From: Phoronis australis
Lineage: Eukaryota > Animalia > Phoronida
Length of the DNA stretch: 61,663 nt
Direction: 5' to 3'
Assembly (NCBI GenBank): GCA_002633005.1
Contig: NMRA01000074.1
Coordinates: forward strand, 748,971-810,633
Shown here in pieces: positions 1-13,090 of the stretch. The notes below the pieces were generated by a model. That model saw only the letters and a program-made list of their open reading frames with translations, was not told where the DNA came from and searched no databases. How positions within the stretch are numbered: the stretch's first letter is position 1; each line of letters starts with the position of its first letter. The translations under genes were made by a program, and so were the position numbers.

Positions 1-135
1 GGGGGGTTAGGGCAGAGTAGGGTTTTACCCATCAGACATTCACCAACTCCCCCCCCCCCCAACTGCCAATTGATCTTGTAGCGTTTTAGGGGGCCGGGGC
101 CATGGCCCCTTAGCTGTCCTCTGAATCCACCACTG
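1..135 (+). mobile_element. MITE family A (CAGTGGCGGAT TIR), 5'-truncated by the window edge
   Basis: Homologous to 49691-49834 and 51069-51215; ends ATCCACCACTG. Confidence 0.75.
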
Positions 136-862
136 AAGATACTGGCAAGGTCATCACGAGAAGTCTTACGTAACCATAATAGTTTACAGTAAAAATAAAA
201 TTATTACCTCATGTACTACAGTAAACATAAAAACACTCTATCCTGTACTCCGACCAATCACTTTACTGGCTGACATTTGCAAAGATATTAAATTGAGGTT
301 CCAAGCAAATTTCTACTGACAGGGAAAAGAATATGCCCCTACAGACATGAGGAGATTATTCTAGTCAGTCCATATTCAACTCAACTCAACTCCTAGGTAA
401 AGTTGTAGCCAGATAAACTATCACTTTCCCCATGACACTGAAATATTTGATTTCAATAAAACCAGTCAAACTCACATTGAATATGAAAATTTTAAGTCTG
501 AATATGCAAACTTTTGCGACATTCTAGTATTCCACAACCCGCTAAAAATTCGAAAGCAAATACTCAATCCCAAAGTCAAATCACACAGATTTTCTTTATT
601 TGCATTGAATTATTTGGTGCAATTAGATAGGAATTATGCAAGCTTCACTGTGCTTAACAATAGTTAACATGTTGACTGGTGAGAGTTCACTTGGGTACAT
701 TGTTACCTATGCCGGGGGGTATTCCAGATAGGGTACTAGTAGTGGGATCGGGATGTCCTTTCGCATTCAACAACCTAGATCCACCAGACAAACCTGAGCA
801 AATCAGTCAAAATAGGCAATACAATAGTTACATTGGTTATTCTTAATTTTGAGAGCCAAGCA

Positions 863-1101
863 CATGCGCGCACCCAGGGGAGGCTGGAACGAGCACCCCC
901 CCCCCCACTTGCCGAAGTGGGCATGAAAAGGTCAGCCTCATAGAAACAAAAAAAATTGAGAAAACGAGACACGAGTCCACTAAAAAGCTGTAATTCAGGA
1001 ATGCACTGTGCACAGCTCTGAACATACCACGTTTTTTATTAAAAGGTAAACATGCCCAAAAATTTGAGCACCCCCCATATTTTAGGATTGGTGCGTGGAT
1101 G
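863..1101 (-). mobile_element. MITE family B (CATGCGCGCACCCAG TIR)
   Basis: Inverted homolog of 54059-54329 and 59795-59980; flanks AAGCA/AGGCA. Confidence 0.75.
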
Positions 1102-1330
1102 AGGCAAGTGAACCTTGCAAATTATTGACCTGTAGTGATATGAGATTTCAAAATCATGAGCTTCCAAGAATTACTACGAACATAGACATAAGCACACACA
1201 ACCAATGCCAAATATACCCAACTTGGGAAATGATTACACTTTGCCTTGGTAGTCCCCCCCTTGCATTGATCACACGGACACAACCTCAGAAGACAGAAAT
1301 ATAATAAAGTAATAGCCTCATGTGAACGTT

Positions 1331-1730
1331 ATGGCTTCCTCTGATCGACCTCCAGAAGCATATTACGCGTTAGAAGTTTAGATAATTGACACACAGAGTG
1401 AGCCCATGTCGGTATGTGACAGCGTGACTCGTGAGTGGCTGACAAGACAATAACAACTGAACTTGTCTTAACACGTTCGTTGGAAATCACACCACCGATT
1501 GCGGCCAATCGATTTTAGAACGCTCTCTGGCACTAACCTGACTTCCAAAACTTCTGAAATGTCTTCTTGCTGGCTCTGCTCGTAGTAATATAAACTTCAT
1601 TGTCGCGGGCGAGCCAACACACGACTTTTTCTTCGAAGTTGACAGTCGGTTATAAACTTCAAACTGTTGACTTCCGGTGGAAACTGCCTTACGAATACAA
1701 CTCAACACAAAGGAAATTTGCACAATAACT
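1331..1730 (+). pseudogene. Highly decayed transposon accessory ORF (DUF4806-like)
   Basis: AYYALEV*IIDT..VCDSVTREWL and VGNHTTDCGQSILERSLA..LKCLL..ARSN resemble motifs of EnSpm-associated accessory proteins; weak. Confidence 0.35.
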
Positions 1731-2169
1731 ACGTTTTTTTTAAGAATTGCATGAGTTCCATTGATTAAATTGTACTGACCAAGTCAGTGTCTCAGGGGAT
1801 TAACATTGGGTGCATTCTTACTGCTGTTGGTCACCGGATGTTCGTCAACATTTAAATTCACAAAGGCGTGCCGTAATGATTACATAACTGCACTAATTCT
1901 GTACTGACCAGGTTAAACGTTCGTCGTTTTATGGTTTGTATCAATATAAATGTTAAGGAAACATTCGGGCAACATTTTTATGAGATGATAGGTTTTGCAT
2001 GAGCAAACAATAATTTTTTGTTGGAAAATAATGGGAAAAATTTCGAACCAAAAATTAAATACCTCACAATATTCAAATTTTAAAAACTTGAAAACGTAAA
2101 TTTTCATCGCATAGAAACCTTAGAGTTTTAATAAAATTCAAGTTTTCCACAAAATGAAACAAATCCAGT

Positions 2170-2563
2170 TTTCTGAAAAACTTAAGAAGTCAGGAAAAAT
2201 TACAAAAACTTAAGTTTTGTGATCAACTTAAGTTATCAGAAAAACTTAAGTTTTGTTAGTACAAAAAAACTTAAGTTTTCATGAAAACTTAAGTTATTAC
2301 TTGAAACTTAAGTTTATTTGTAAAAACTTAAGTTTTACACTTGAAAAAACTTAAGTTTTCTGAAAAACTTAACATTGTGCCGAAAAACTTAAGTTTTTGG
2401 CGAAAAACTTGAGTTTTAAAAACTTAAGCTTCTTTTAAAAACTTAAGTTTTTCGGAAGAACTTAAGTTTTTCCTCTAAAACTTAAGTTATTTTCCCAAAA
2501 TTTAAGTTTTTTCGCCAAAAACTTAAGTTTTCAGCGAAAAATTTAAGTTCATTTTTGTAAGGG
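2170..2563. repeat. Array of ~19 palindromic AAAACTTAAGTTTT units (~20 bp spacing) ending in TTTTTGTAAGGG; probable subterminal repeats of a CMC/EnSpm-like element end
   Basis: 15 exact CTTAAG cores plus 4 single-mismatch variants counted by eye; family assignment is inference. Confidence 0.8.
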
Positions 2564-2564
2564 G

Positions 2565-3237
2565 GAGCACATGAGGGAAAAACTAAGCCCAAGGGAAATG
2601 TCGAGAGACGAAAGAAACTGGACAGGGACGACGGAAGAAAGACTGCAGTGGAGCTGCCAGTAGAAAAGCACATACACCCATCACTGACCGGCAACCGTGA
2701 CTTATGCAGTGGCCAAGTGGTTACAAACATTGTAAATGTTATGAAATCAAGGGTAATGGACACCGGAGGTAAGAGTGAGAGAGCAGAATAGTCAGTTCTT
2801 CGTTTCGTCTGCAGAGAATTTTCGCAATGCGTAAAAACAACAGGATTGCTGAAGAAGCCTGCCAATCAATGATAAACGCTCTCTGTTAAATCGCCTGTTA
2901 GTTATGGGGCAGCAACGTAGCTGACGACTTTCAGCATCAGCTCAATTCAGCCCCTACAACCCTGAACGAGTACGACTGGCTGCCGCGAGTTATTTTGCTC
3001 TAGTGGTGGTGTTGGTGGATGTTAACCAGCTGCTTTACAGCAATCTCTGGCCAGGCTCTGGAACTACAGGAGAATTAGCGGCATTCTTTGACAAGCGACT
3101 GGCCCGCTAACATCCCTCTTCCAATAAAGTTATTGATTTGACAGATGGCCAAGACTCTTCCTGCCCAAAGGACTAGTAAAAGTTATAAACTTTCTGGGAG
3201 TCCCAAACACAACCGAGAAAATATTCCCCCAGTACCA
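2565..3237 (+). pseudogene. Academ (XPG/FEN1-like nuclease-type) transposon protein remnant, 5' part
   Basis: ERRKKLDRDD..VEL..HP..SGQVV..VNV; FQHQLNSAPTTLNEY; VVLVDVNQLLYSNLWPGSGT; stops and frameshifts. Confidence 0.65.
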
Positions 3238-3337
3238 ATGGGGCTATTCGGAGAATTCTCCTCGCGGTGTCGCTGCTGTACTAGTGGTGATTGAATTGCG
3301 CATGCGTGGCTGTCTGCATGTAAACAACTGGTAAAAG

Positions 3338-4310
3338 ATGGAATTTTTATCAAAATACGTCGTCGCGCTAAGCCTTATTACTGCTAATTTCCCTGGTGCA
3401 AGTCTTCGACAGGTGGCCACAAATTCCCAAAAGACCTAAGGTTACTATATTCGTGGACAATTGCGGTCAACAGGGTCAACTAACTGACAAAAAGTGTGTG
3501 GATGCTGAAGCCCCGTGTGTGCTCTATGTCTATGACTATGCAGTTCCATTCGGAGACTACACAACATTACTTGGTAAGTTTTTAGCAATCAGTTTCTATC
3601 AACATCGTTCGGTGATGTTATCCCCACCAGTTACCCCACTGAATAACAGTTTTATTGAGTGGAACTAAGTGTTTCTTTTTGGAAACTCACCCGATGCCGG
3701 GTAGGCTAGCAGCACATATTCATATTGGCCTGGGTGGGACAGTGCTCCCAAAATAAGAGGTGTATGGTACGTGATGCACAGAAGTCAAGAGTGACTTTTT
3801 CACAGCAGTTTCTCTTCAAAACTATGCTGTTTCCAATAAAATTCTCTAGATGAGTGAGTTTCCTTATTTTATCGTGGACCCCACCCCCAGGACCACCAGC
3901 TCAGTTATCGAATTAACATGAATAAGCCTTAATTCAGTAAATGTCGTAACATTGCATTGGAAAAAAATTGACACCTAGAATGAATTTTACTTGTTGAGAT
4001 CAGAAGCACATTTTAAGTGTCATGAAAAATACACATTGTTAAATCACTTTTAGCCTGTTTCACATATTTTAATTCAGATATTAAATAAGACTTGGGTACA
4101 AAGGTTATTAGTTTCTACACATAAACATGAAGATGAAATGTCAAGTATGTTCTGTCTTACAAAAGTAGTTTTGTCTTGTCTTTTCTTTTACAATTTGCTA
4201 ATATTTCTATTCTGTTACAGGCAAGAAAAAACAACTGAAACCAACCGCCTGACAATCTATTTCACCGTTGGACAAAGTGAAAAGCAATCCTTCAGCAATA
4301 ACCTCAGAGA
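3338..4310 (+). pseudogene. THAP zinc-finger N-terminus of the transposase (exons ~3338-3573 and 4221-~4310)
   Basis: YC*FPWCKSSTGGHKFPKDLRLLYSWTIAVNR..VW..PRVCS..F..EDY then KQLKPTA*QSISP (AVPSIF-like); in-frame stops; no DDE domain recognised downstream. Confidence 0.8.
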
Positions 4311-4659
4311 ATTGAACATAATTCAGAAATTCAGCACATGATATGCTTGCTTATGGACTCCCTTGCAATGTTGTTTCTTTCTGTGCTTTTTCAGTTTGCC
4401 ATTTGTTTTTAAATACACTGATAATTTTTTATTCTCGAATTTTGTTCATAGCAGATTCTTATCCAGCTAGCTACAATTGAAAACATACAATCGATGCAGT
4501 CACTGAATGTCATTTCCCCATAATCTGTACCAAATTGAAAAGTTTTTACCAATAGTATAAAGCCTTTATTCTGAAAGAAAAATTTAATGTCACTCAGCTT
4601 TTAGCTTTCATTTCACTGGGTTGTAGTTTCAATGGCCTATAGAAGCGCTTGTAATAAAG

Positions 4660-6659
4660 GTCCAGTTTCAACACGTGGCTTTCTTTCTATGTAACCTCAT
4701 TCAGCCTTAATAACATCCACAATTAGACCCTTGAAGGTAAACACAGCAGCATATCACTTGAATCGTTTTGAGCTCAAAATCAGACTCTGAACTAGACCAG
4801 AGTGTGACTAGGTCTTCTTTAGCTTCAGTCCCTCATGTTTCTTCCAGGAAAGGAAATAAGCTATTGTCCACACATGACTCATTGCCTATGAAAGACCATC
4901 CTCACCAACAAGGCTTATTTGTGTAGCAGTCAGATATAGTTCGTCTGGATACACAGACAGTCCACTGGCACATTGTCTTATGGTAACTTAGTACTGCGAT
5001 TCACATTTCTCCAGGGCCACTGACTTGCACATTGTGCCATGCAGCACTGCTGGTGTGTGGAAGAACTGTGGGAAGAGAACGGAGTAACAAAGCTTGTCTA
5101 TGATACAGCTTGAAGTGGCCTTAAAATGTCATTGAACCTGGAACAAATATTGAAATATGAATAATTAAGTACTCCAGATTGGATCAAAAATGTTATCCCT
5201 GTTTTTCAAAAATATATGGTGATTGGTCTACAGTTTCACATAAAAGTAAATAATTACTATTTTCAGAAACCAAGGGTGTATATAATGAGTATTGCATAAA
5301 ACTGTGTCTTTATTTTTTATCCCTAGCCATAACAATTCTTTAAACGCATCACTTGTCTGTAAAATATACAAGTTTTTTGAGACAACTTCAAACCTTTGTT
5401 ACCCATTTTCAAGCCTTTTTAATTTTGATACTTTCAGCAATTTTAAACTCAGATTACAGGTTCATGGGTCTGTCAAGCATACTTCTAGCCTAAGGTTGAG
5501 GGAACCGTTTTTCTTCTAATAGAAGATATGAAGACTTGGGTCATTTAAAAATGATGGATAATCTTTCTGTTGTTTAAGAGTAATTACAAATCGTAAGGCA
5601 CCATCAAAAATGCAATTTTCACAAAAATGGCAGTCATTTGAATTTATAACGACTTGCAACATTTCAAGGCATGAGTTAAGACTATTCAGTCACTGTGAAT
5701 TCGGAAAATGTAATATATTTTCGTGGTTTTACAATTGATACAAGTAGCAAAACAGTTTCATGAAATCAACTTGAAGGGACTTCGTGAAGGTTAAGAATTA
5801 CCTCACCATGCTCTTTTCCCCAAACATGTATTACCTGTTATTTCCACACATTCAGTTGTACCAAATATTACAACCCCCCATGCCAATCCCCCCTCGGGAC
5901 CTGAATAAGTAATTTAACAAAATGACTTTAAAAATAGCTGTTCCTTTTCAAAGGCTTTGTTCGTTGTCTCCAATATTGAAAGTAGGCTTTGACAACAGAT
6001 CTGCACTGGATGGGAAGATCTTGTTGGTTAGCTGCAGTCAAATGCTAAAAACCAATTTTTGTCCATTCAGGGACGGTGCAGAAGCGATGCATATCTCCTC
6101 TGCACGGTACAAGCCTTCAAACCTAAAAACCAAAGGTTACGTGAAAACTGACGTGATAGATTTCCATTTCAACGTGTAATAGATTTCCAGAAGACATATG
6201 ATAGGGAGTAAACAAATAGTCTAATGCAATGGATATTTATCACTCACGTACCCTTTGCCATTGGGATTGGATTGTAATCTTAACTCATTAACCTGTATCG
6301 AGTTGACAGCATAAACATTCAGCATTGATTGATGTAACTGTCACTGATAAACTTTTAGAAATCATTCCAAACAATAATAATGCTTTGATGTACGAAAAGA
6401 TCCCGATTGCTACGTCAAGTATCGTATCACATATCACAACATACAAAGATCAACCAGACTCTGGCTGGCGACTGACTGCAGCGAAGCCGACATCGGCGAG
6501 TGCCTCAGTTAATAGGCATCGGTAGAATAATCATGGAATAATCGTTAAAATAATCACAAACCTTACCTTTGTATGAGGTCGTGCTTACTTCCTCTTATAG
6601 AAACACCCTTTTTACGCAATCTCAGATTCAGTTGGCACGGCTGCAAGCCATTTCACCAT
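4660..6659 (-). pseudogene. SAP-domain + YqaJ/lambda-exonuclease-like accessory gene of the ISL2EU element
   Basis: Exon 6659-6567 QLNLRLRKKGVSIRGSKHDLIQR (SAP); exon from 6122 ..DLPIQCRSVVKAYF; exon from 5137 TPAVLHG..ALEKCE..GLSVYPD..LVGEDG..LKLKK..VQS..VFTFKGL (YqaJ motifs); multiple stops. Confidence 0.78.
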
Positions 6660-6753
6660 GTATTTAAAGGGCTCGCGAAATCGAGGCTGTTAATCTATCA
6701 CCACTAGTACACGTACGCCCTCTAGTTATTGTAGATTTTCCGAATGGCCCCAT

Positions 6754-8027
6754 TGACAAGGCTTTTCTCAACAACTGTCCTCTTCCCCATAACGTCGAGC
6801 TGGTCAACTGCATTGGCTGTGTAGTTACCCATGCTGAAGCAGCCGTTACATTCTGCAGCAAAGTGTTGAAAGCGGTGGGAGAAGGTAACAACACCATTGC
6901 GATCTTCAGTGGCAACACTGAAATATTCCTGTAATTGGTTTAATGGGTATCACTGATGGCAGTTGACGCTAAAATTCAACTAACGAATTGGAACAGTGAT
7001 ATCGGACATACATGTAAGCACAACAGCTCAGCGGTTAGGCCTCAAAGTCCGCAGGCAACGTTTAGGAATCCATAGGGCAAAGGCAAAGAAGTTTTAGCGT
7101 AGTCCAGGACTTGACAACGTGTCGGGAAAGTTTGTTGTGACCCATCTTAAGCTTTGAAAAATGACACAGTCACGTGTTCTTCTTCCCTCTGTATGGACAG
7201 AACAGTTGTGAAATTATATATGATGTCGATACCGTGGGCAAAAAAAGCCTTCACAACTGAAGAAAGTGCAACGGACGGATGCCAACGCCACTTGCACATC
7301 GCTCCAAAAACACCTCAGATGTTTCTGAGAAAGTCATCTGACCACCATGCCATCATGCAAACTGCAGACGCAAAGATGACTCGGTGTAGGATTCATGTAG
7401 ACACAAAATTCTTATTTACGAAGGGCACGCAATTCTGTGACTTTGGTTGTTGAGATCGTGGATGTATAATAACAACCCTATATCCTTAGCAGAATGAGAT
7501 TGAAGGAGAAATCACATATGCTTAACATTTTATCCTCCAATAGTAGTTTTTTATTTTGATTTCAGGTAGGCTTATGTTTTAAATTTGACTTTTGATTTGG
7601 AGCGTGCGTCCACAAAACAACACCAGAAACAAACCCTGCGTTCCCGAAAAAACACAGAAACTATTATTATGGATCTTCCAGGGCATAATGTTGAGAACCA
7701 GGTCGGAACTGTGCAAAATTCAAGATGGCGGGTGTCGTCCTGATCATATCTAAAAATATTCATGTCTGCACAAAGTGCAACTAAGGTAATTTTGCTATCC
7801 AAACCATACATGTACACACACGTAAAACACTTCCAAATGGAAACTTTACATTAATAAACGTTGCAGGATGATTTTTGACGAGTCGCATGGGCGGCACACC
7901 ATAGGGGGCTCGGGGGCACTTTTTCAGTGCTAGACCGCACATGGTCCATAGGCAGTGCACCACAGGGGGGCCTGAGGGGGCTTTAGCTCCAATTTTTTCA
8001 GTGCTGCGCCGCCCATGAAGTGGACTA
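6754..8027 (+). pseudogene. Academ transposon remnant, 3' part (XPG-like core), with candidate terminus GTGGACTA at 8020-8027
   Basis: VTHAEAAVT (HEEAD-like), IAIFSGNTEIFL*LV*W (SDDTDVF-like), LGIH..GKGK, PGLDNV, FFPLYGQ, KKPSQLKK..TDAN..HL; resumes right after the ISL2EU TSD. Confidence 0.7.
7886..8017 (+). mobile_element. MITE family C (CATGGGCGGC TIR)
   Basis: Inverted homolog of 30834-30981; partial copy at ~61210-61271. Confidence 0.8.
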
Positions 8028-8863
8028 GTACTATCAAGGCTTAAAAGTATGCAACTCGAAGGGTGGTCAAAACATCTTTTTAACAATCCATGGCGAAAGC
8101 ACCATCTCAAAATGTCTGCTACTAAGTTACTCATTTCCTCTTGAGAGGGAAATTCCACAAAATATCACAAAATTCGCGATTTTTGTAATACACGCAAAGG
8201 AAAAACTCTGATCTGGGATGTGTACGCATCACTTTTGGTTTGGCCATCCTTAAAATAACATACTACCCTGGATTTCCCACACCGTATGAAGACTGTGCGG
8301 CTGATGGTCATTGTTAGACCTTCCAATGAGAAGGAGGGACTCAGTTCAGATTGGAAAAATGGAACCAAAAATGGGAAGGACTGAAGAAAAATGTGGATAA
8401 CTGGTTGTAAAGAGAATTATGCACTTTTTCGTTTTGCAATTTCAAATCGTGTTAGTTAATTTCTTTACGTCTGTTGTGCTTACTTATTGTGAACATTTTA
8501 CAGATATGACATTTGTGTTATGTTATTAAGGGATACACGGTACGCGGTACCTGTCTTCGACTCTTTCACCTGGGACCGTGTTGGTCGCTAGTGGGGATGC
8601 ATTGCAAATTACCACATTGTCGCTATTACGTCTTTGTACGTGTACGTTCGAGCGTGCTGGTACGGGGCAGGTGGCATTCATCACACAATTACATCGTAGA
8701 ACCCGAGCGTATTGGTTTTCTTAAGTCATGGAAATCCCCGTTGTCACTGTTGATTGACTTGAAGCAAAGGTAAATCCGTTAAAGAGAACGTGATATGCCG
8801 GTGTGACGGTGGTCATCAGTTGCCAGAGACCTTGTACGGAGACGTGCGACTAAAACAAGGCGA

Positions 8864-8865
<2 letters not shown>

Positions 8866-8908
<43 letters not shown>

Positions 8909-8921
8909 GCGTGTGTGTGTG
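8866..8921. repeat. (TG)n microsatellite
   Basis: Directly visible. Confidence 0.98.
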
Positions 8922-9219
8922 CAATGGTGCCACAGTACTCTTTATGGCTGTTAAAAAACTCAAATGTTTTAATGGTCATCATGCAGGTTGAGCTAGGTTG
9001 CACTGAGCAATGATCAATGAATGTTGTTCTTCAAACTGCTTGCTTTAATTGTCTTGGGTAAAAGTCACTTCGTGGCATTCCCACATCGCATAAGAAGATT
9101 CGTCCTTCTCATCTGAAGTTCAAGTTTCATATTGGTTTATTAAATCCAACACAGTCACGACTTCACGGCAGCAATTTAGTTGAAAAAACGAAAAGTATAT
9201 TCGAGAAAAAGTCAATGAC

Positions 9220-9370
9220 ATTTCTCTCGTAATTATGATTTCTTCCTCGTAGTAACTAATTTTTCAAAAAATTACGGCTTACTTTTCTCGTGATAACGAG
9301 TTTTTCAGTAATAACTACTTTTTCCTCGTAATTACGACTTTTTCTCCTAATAACGACTTCTTTTCTCGTA
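9220..9370. repeat. Degenerate ~21-bp tandem repeat TTCTCGTAATTACGACTT
   Basis: About 6 imperfect units. Confidence 0.7.
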
Positions 9371-10542
9371 GACATCTATAAAAATACTCACACTTCCTGA
9401 AGATTACGCACACTATCAGAGGTCAGTCATGAATTAAAATTATTTTGTAGGAGGGCAATTTATGGGTTTTGTGTGTGCTTAAACGCCTTGTAGAACACAA
9501 TACTGATGGCTGCCCATTGTGTATTAAAAATCGCTTCTTTAAATGTTTAGAATGAAAAATTACCGAATAATAAGATTCGTACACTTTTTCAAGCTGATGT
9601 TCTTTTTAATTTACAAGAACCCCGCTATGTTTTGTCTCGTCGAAGCATCTTCCTCTGCCGATGTGTTGGCGAGTCTTACATGTACCGAGATCGAGGCTGG
9701 TGATCTGTGATAAGGTTATACTTAAGACTGAGGCATTATGGCTAATCCAGCCACACATTTTGCACAACATCACCCACTTATAAGCTTCTCAACAAAACAC
9801 AGACTCAGCTGAGTTCTGAAAATATTGAATCAAATGGCAAATGCCACGTCTTTGCAAGGTTGCTTTTGGTTTTGTTTATGTTCATGTGTTCTTGCAACAA
9901 AATGTTTAGACGGGAGCAAAACAGTGGCACTGTACTTGCCCAAAACAAGCCAGTAGCCAGGGGTGCTCGGGAGCTCGAATGAACCCCCCCCCCCTGCTGA
10001 AAAGGTACAGCCCTAGATAGTCTATCTAATGAAGATAGGATTCAGTATAGATGGACAACAACAACAAAATTGTTGCAGTTACTGCAACTAACTATATTGA
10101 TAACCAAGTTATACAATAATTTTGAGTTTGCTTCTAATCCAACCCGCTTCACGTACAATGTATGCATCGAGCCTTACACGGCCAACTTCGCCCGAGTGAT
10201 GTTTCCGTAGATGTCAGGATCGTGAAAACGATTTGGGGAGGTTTATGTTATCAATTGGCATAGGGTTCCATAGGGTAACAAGGAAGTCTAGAAATAAATG
10301 GCTGTACCTAGCTATGCTACATAGCAGCGAGAGAGCTCCCAAGACCTATTGCGGTGTGCATGCCATAAAATCGACCACGTAAAAAAAGCGAAAAACAAGT
10401 TTATAATCCGCTATTTTGGTAAACTTGCTAGCATAGAACAGTAAAGTGCAGGCATTTTCAAATTTTGAATTGTAGGTCATCGTCAAATATGGTGTTCATC
10501 CAGTGTATGCCTGAACATGTGTGTGCATTTCCATTCTTTTTA

Positions 10543-11527
10543 AGGAGAATGCCACTTGACACCAGACGGCAAATGGAGGTACTGAAATTAACCAATGACG
10601 TCATAACAGTTCTAACAGTCTGTTCAACAACACGCTTACTAGCGTCAGCTTATCGCTTGACATCATCGCTTTACACTTATAAATCATCGAAATTCGATGC
10701 AAACCTTTACAAATACATTAAGCTTTTGAACATATCAAGTTATTTTATTTCGCTGTTACGGATTTATAGAAATTTTGAACGTACCGTAGCGTACAAAGTT
10801 CGGTAGACCCCTACCGAGGTTGGTCGCGGGAAGTTAGGATCTGTTCGGTGATAAATTAGAATTGTTCTCCCGTGAAATACAGGCAGGAGAACATAGCCGT
10901 GTGTTTAATTTTATACACGGGAATTTTTTCAGTTCTAAACACACAAAGTCCTCGTTGTAATCCAGTGGCTTGGAACCCGATTAGGCCCGTCGGGTGTCCA
11001 GTTAATTATTTTATTGCCTCTGAAGCCGGTAACGCAGTGTGATCTATTCATTGTTCGTTTCTCAAAAATTTTCACTCACAAACACTCCAAAGGCATGGCA
11101 AATTGCATCTACTGAGACAGTCTTTCGACTTCAGTTGATTGGTTAGGGTGAGAAAACATTTTGAAACAGAACAATGCTGCCACTGACACGTAGGTATTTC
11201 AAGGCCTCATACTTGATATTAACGACGCGCTTTTCATTCTTTACTGCCGCGAACCACTTTTGAAGCATTTCAGGTTCACGAGAAAATCTAAAAACGTTAT
11301 ACCGCTTTCTTCGCAGCTTCATGGTTCGCACAAGCGCGAACGATACGCCACACCAAAGCTGCACACACCCAGCTGAAGAACCAGTGAAGTCCCTGCTTCG
11401 TGTACTCACCTTCCCAACAGGTTAACACGACACCTCTCGGCGAGTTAAGATCGACTGTGTGTGAGGTGATGTGGATAAAGACCAATTAAGACGGTAGAAA
11501 ACGAAATAAAACTGGTGACATTCTCCT
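10543..11527 (-). mobile_element. Kolobok-like non-autonomous element with THAP remnant, copy 1
   Basis: TIR AGGAGAATG(C/T)CAC with TT(A)A flanks; minus-strand VWRIVRACAN..FRFSREPEMLQKWFAAVKNEK..LRVS; inverted homolog of 33772-34830. Confidence 0.8.
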
Positions 11528-11844
11528 TTAAATTTAGTGCACAGCGACGGTAAGTTCACTGAAGGCAGTTCGCAATTCTCAAAACAGACATTTAAATACC
11601 ATGTTTTCTTGCACCGAGAAAACCACGACGAGCTTGTTCACGTTATTAGCAAAAAGTAGGTCTAGACCTAATAAAATATTTGGCCTGTGAAGAAAGTCTC
11701 CTGTATTCAGTCAGTTGGAATGACTGTAAATTAGCTTTGCACATGTTTTTACTGACCATCCTCAATGTTTTTTTAAAATTAAAACCAAATAAAGGATTCT
11801 TGACCCGTCAGTAGCATTGACGATAACGCTAGGGTTAGCTATGT

Positions 11845-13090
11845 GGGACCCATAGAAAAATGTCCACACTTCACAAAATTCGGATCATTATATCTTTGAC
11901 ATGGCTAATCGAATTCACATGCCATTTTAGATACCGTGATTTATGCACTGTTCGCCAAAACACAGCTATGAATCACTTTCAAAATGTCTGTGACATATTT
12001 GCTTCGAAAGGGGCTACAAAATAGGGCTTTTGCGATTTTCATGAAGAAAACAAACAAAAGTAAAAACGAAATGATTTTTTGAAAACTGCACAACGATGTT
12101 TTGCTACGAATGTACCTTCTTTTTCCATAAATTTTAATACAAAGACATGGTCATGTGACCCGATTAATGGAATGTTGGTAAAAGTCAAAAATAGAAATTA
12201 ACTTTCAGAAAATATACCACTGAATTAAAACGTATCGTTTTGTAGAAATTTTCCGAACAGGCAAACTAGCAGAAAAGGTCTTGGATAACCTTAATTTTTG
12301 TCCGCCCACTCACTACAAACATTTGATTTTGAATGTGACATCGTTGACGATTATCGCACAATGAAAACACTTCATATGCTGAAAAGCTAAGTTTTTTAAC
12401 GGGACATTATCGACGAGACAAGTGCTCTGGTGGTGTACCTAAATCCCACACGATAGATGGCGGAGTATTTTAAGCGTATTTAACTAATAAAGTAACCGGC
12501 CTTGATTTCAGCAAATGTACATACACATGTATATGACTGCCAACGAAGAGAACTGGAGATTTGCAACTAAATCACAAAAAAACAACGGGATCTGTAATTC
12601 CATAGCATTGATCGAAACTGACAATTTCAAAAACTCTGCCGCATCCACGTAATCCCAAATTTTTCACTTTTGCCGTCAAACGAATATTTCTGAATGGAGA
12701 AAGATCGAGGATACAAATTTGCTTCTTACTCCAGGGCCTTTACTATCGTCACGTGACCAAGTATTTTCAGTGAGTCTAATTTTCATGTGCAAGAAAGGTA
12801 CATTCATAGCAAAGTAATTCACAGCCAATGTTACTAATTATTTTAATCGAAACTTTTCGATTTTTCTCAAAAATGCTGGTAAGAAATTTTGATTATGCAC
12901 TTAGTTCGGGTTTTATGCAAAAGTAGCTCGCAAAGAACAAGACATTTTTGTAAAAAAACAACGGCTTTATTCGTATGCTACTTAGTACGCGAAAACTAGT
13001 CATTTCACAGCAAAATCCTAATGGTTGACATAGCGTAGTTTTTTCGATACTTAACTTAGAGTTGAAGTCCTTTATTCAGGTCCTAAATAA
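11845..13090. repeat. Decayed element with long imperfect inverted arms
   Basis: 12100-12160 (TTTGCTACGAATGTACCTT..TGGTCATGTGAC) is the inverted match of 12748-12814; boundaries approximate. Confidence 0.45.

Larger units (their letters stand above)
3240..6751. mobile_element. ISL2EU-type (PIF/Harbinger-related) DNA transposon, internally deleted and decayed
   Basis: TIRs GGGGCTATTCGGA / TCCGAATGGCCCC plus subterminal TGTACTAGTGGTGAT; AT target duplication (caAT..ATtg); convergent THAP and SAP/YqaJ gene remnants. Confidence 0.85.

Noticed and set aside
2170-2563. CRISPR-like reading of the palindromic repeat array
   Set aside because: Linkers are only a few bp, the context is an intron-rich eukaryotic genome, and no cas genes are present
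8504-8860. GC-richer exon-like block next to the (TG)n repeat
   Set aside because: No frame stays open between the candidate splice sites on the plus strand, and no minus-strand frame gives a recognisable product
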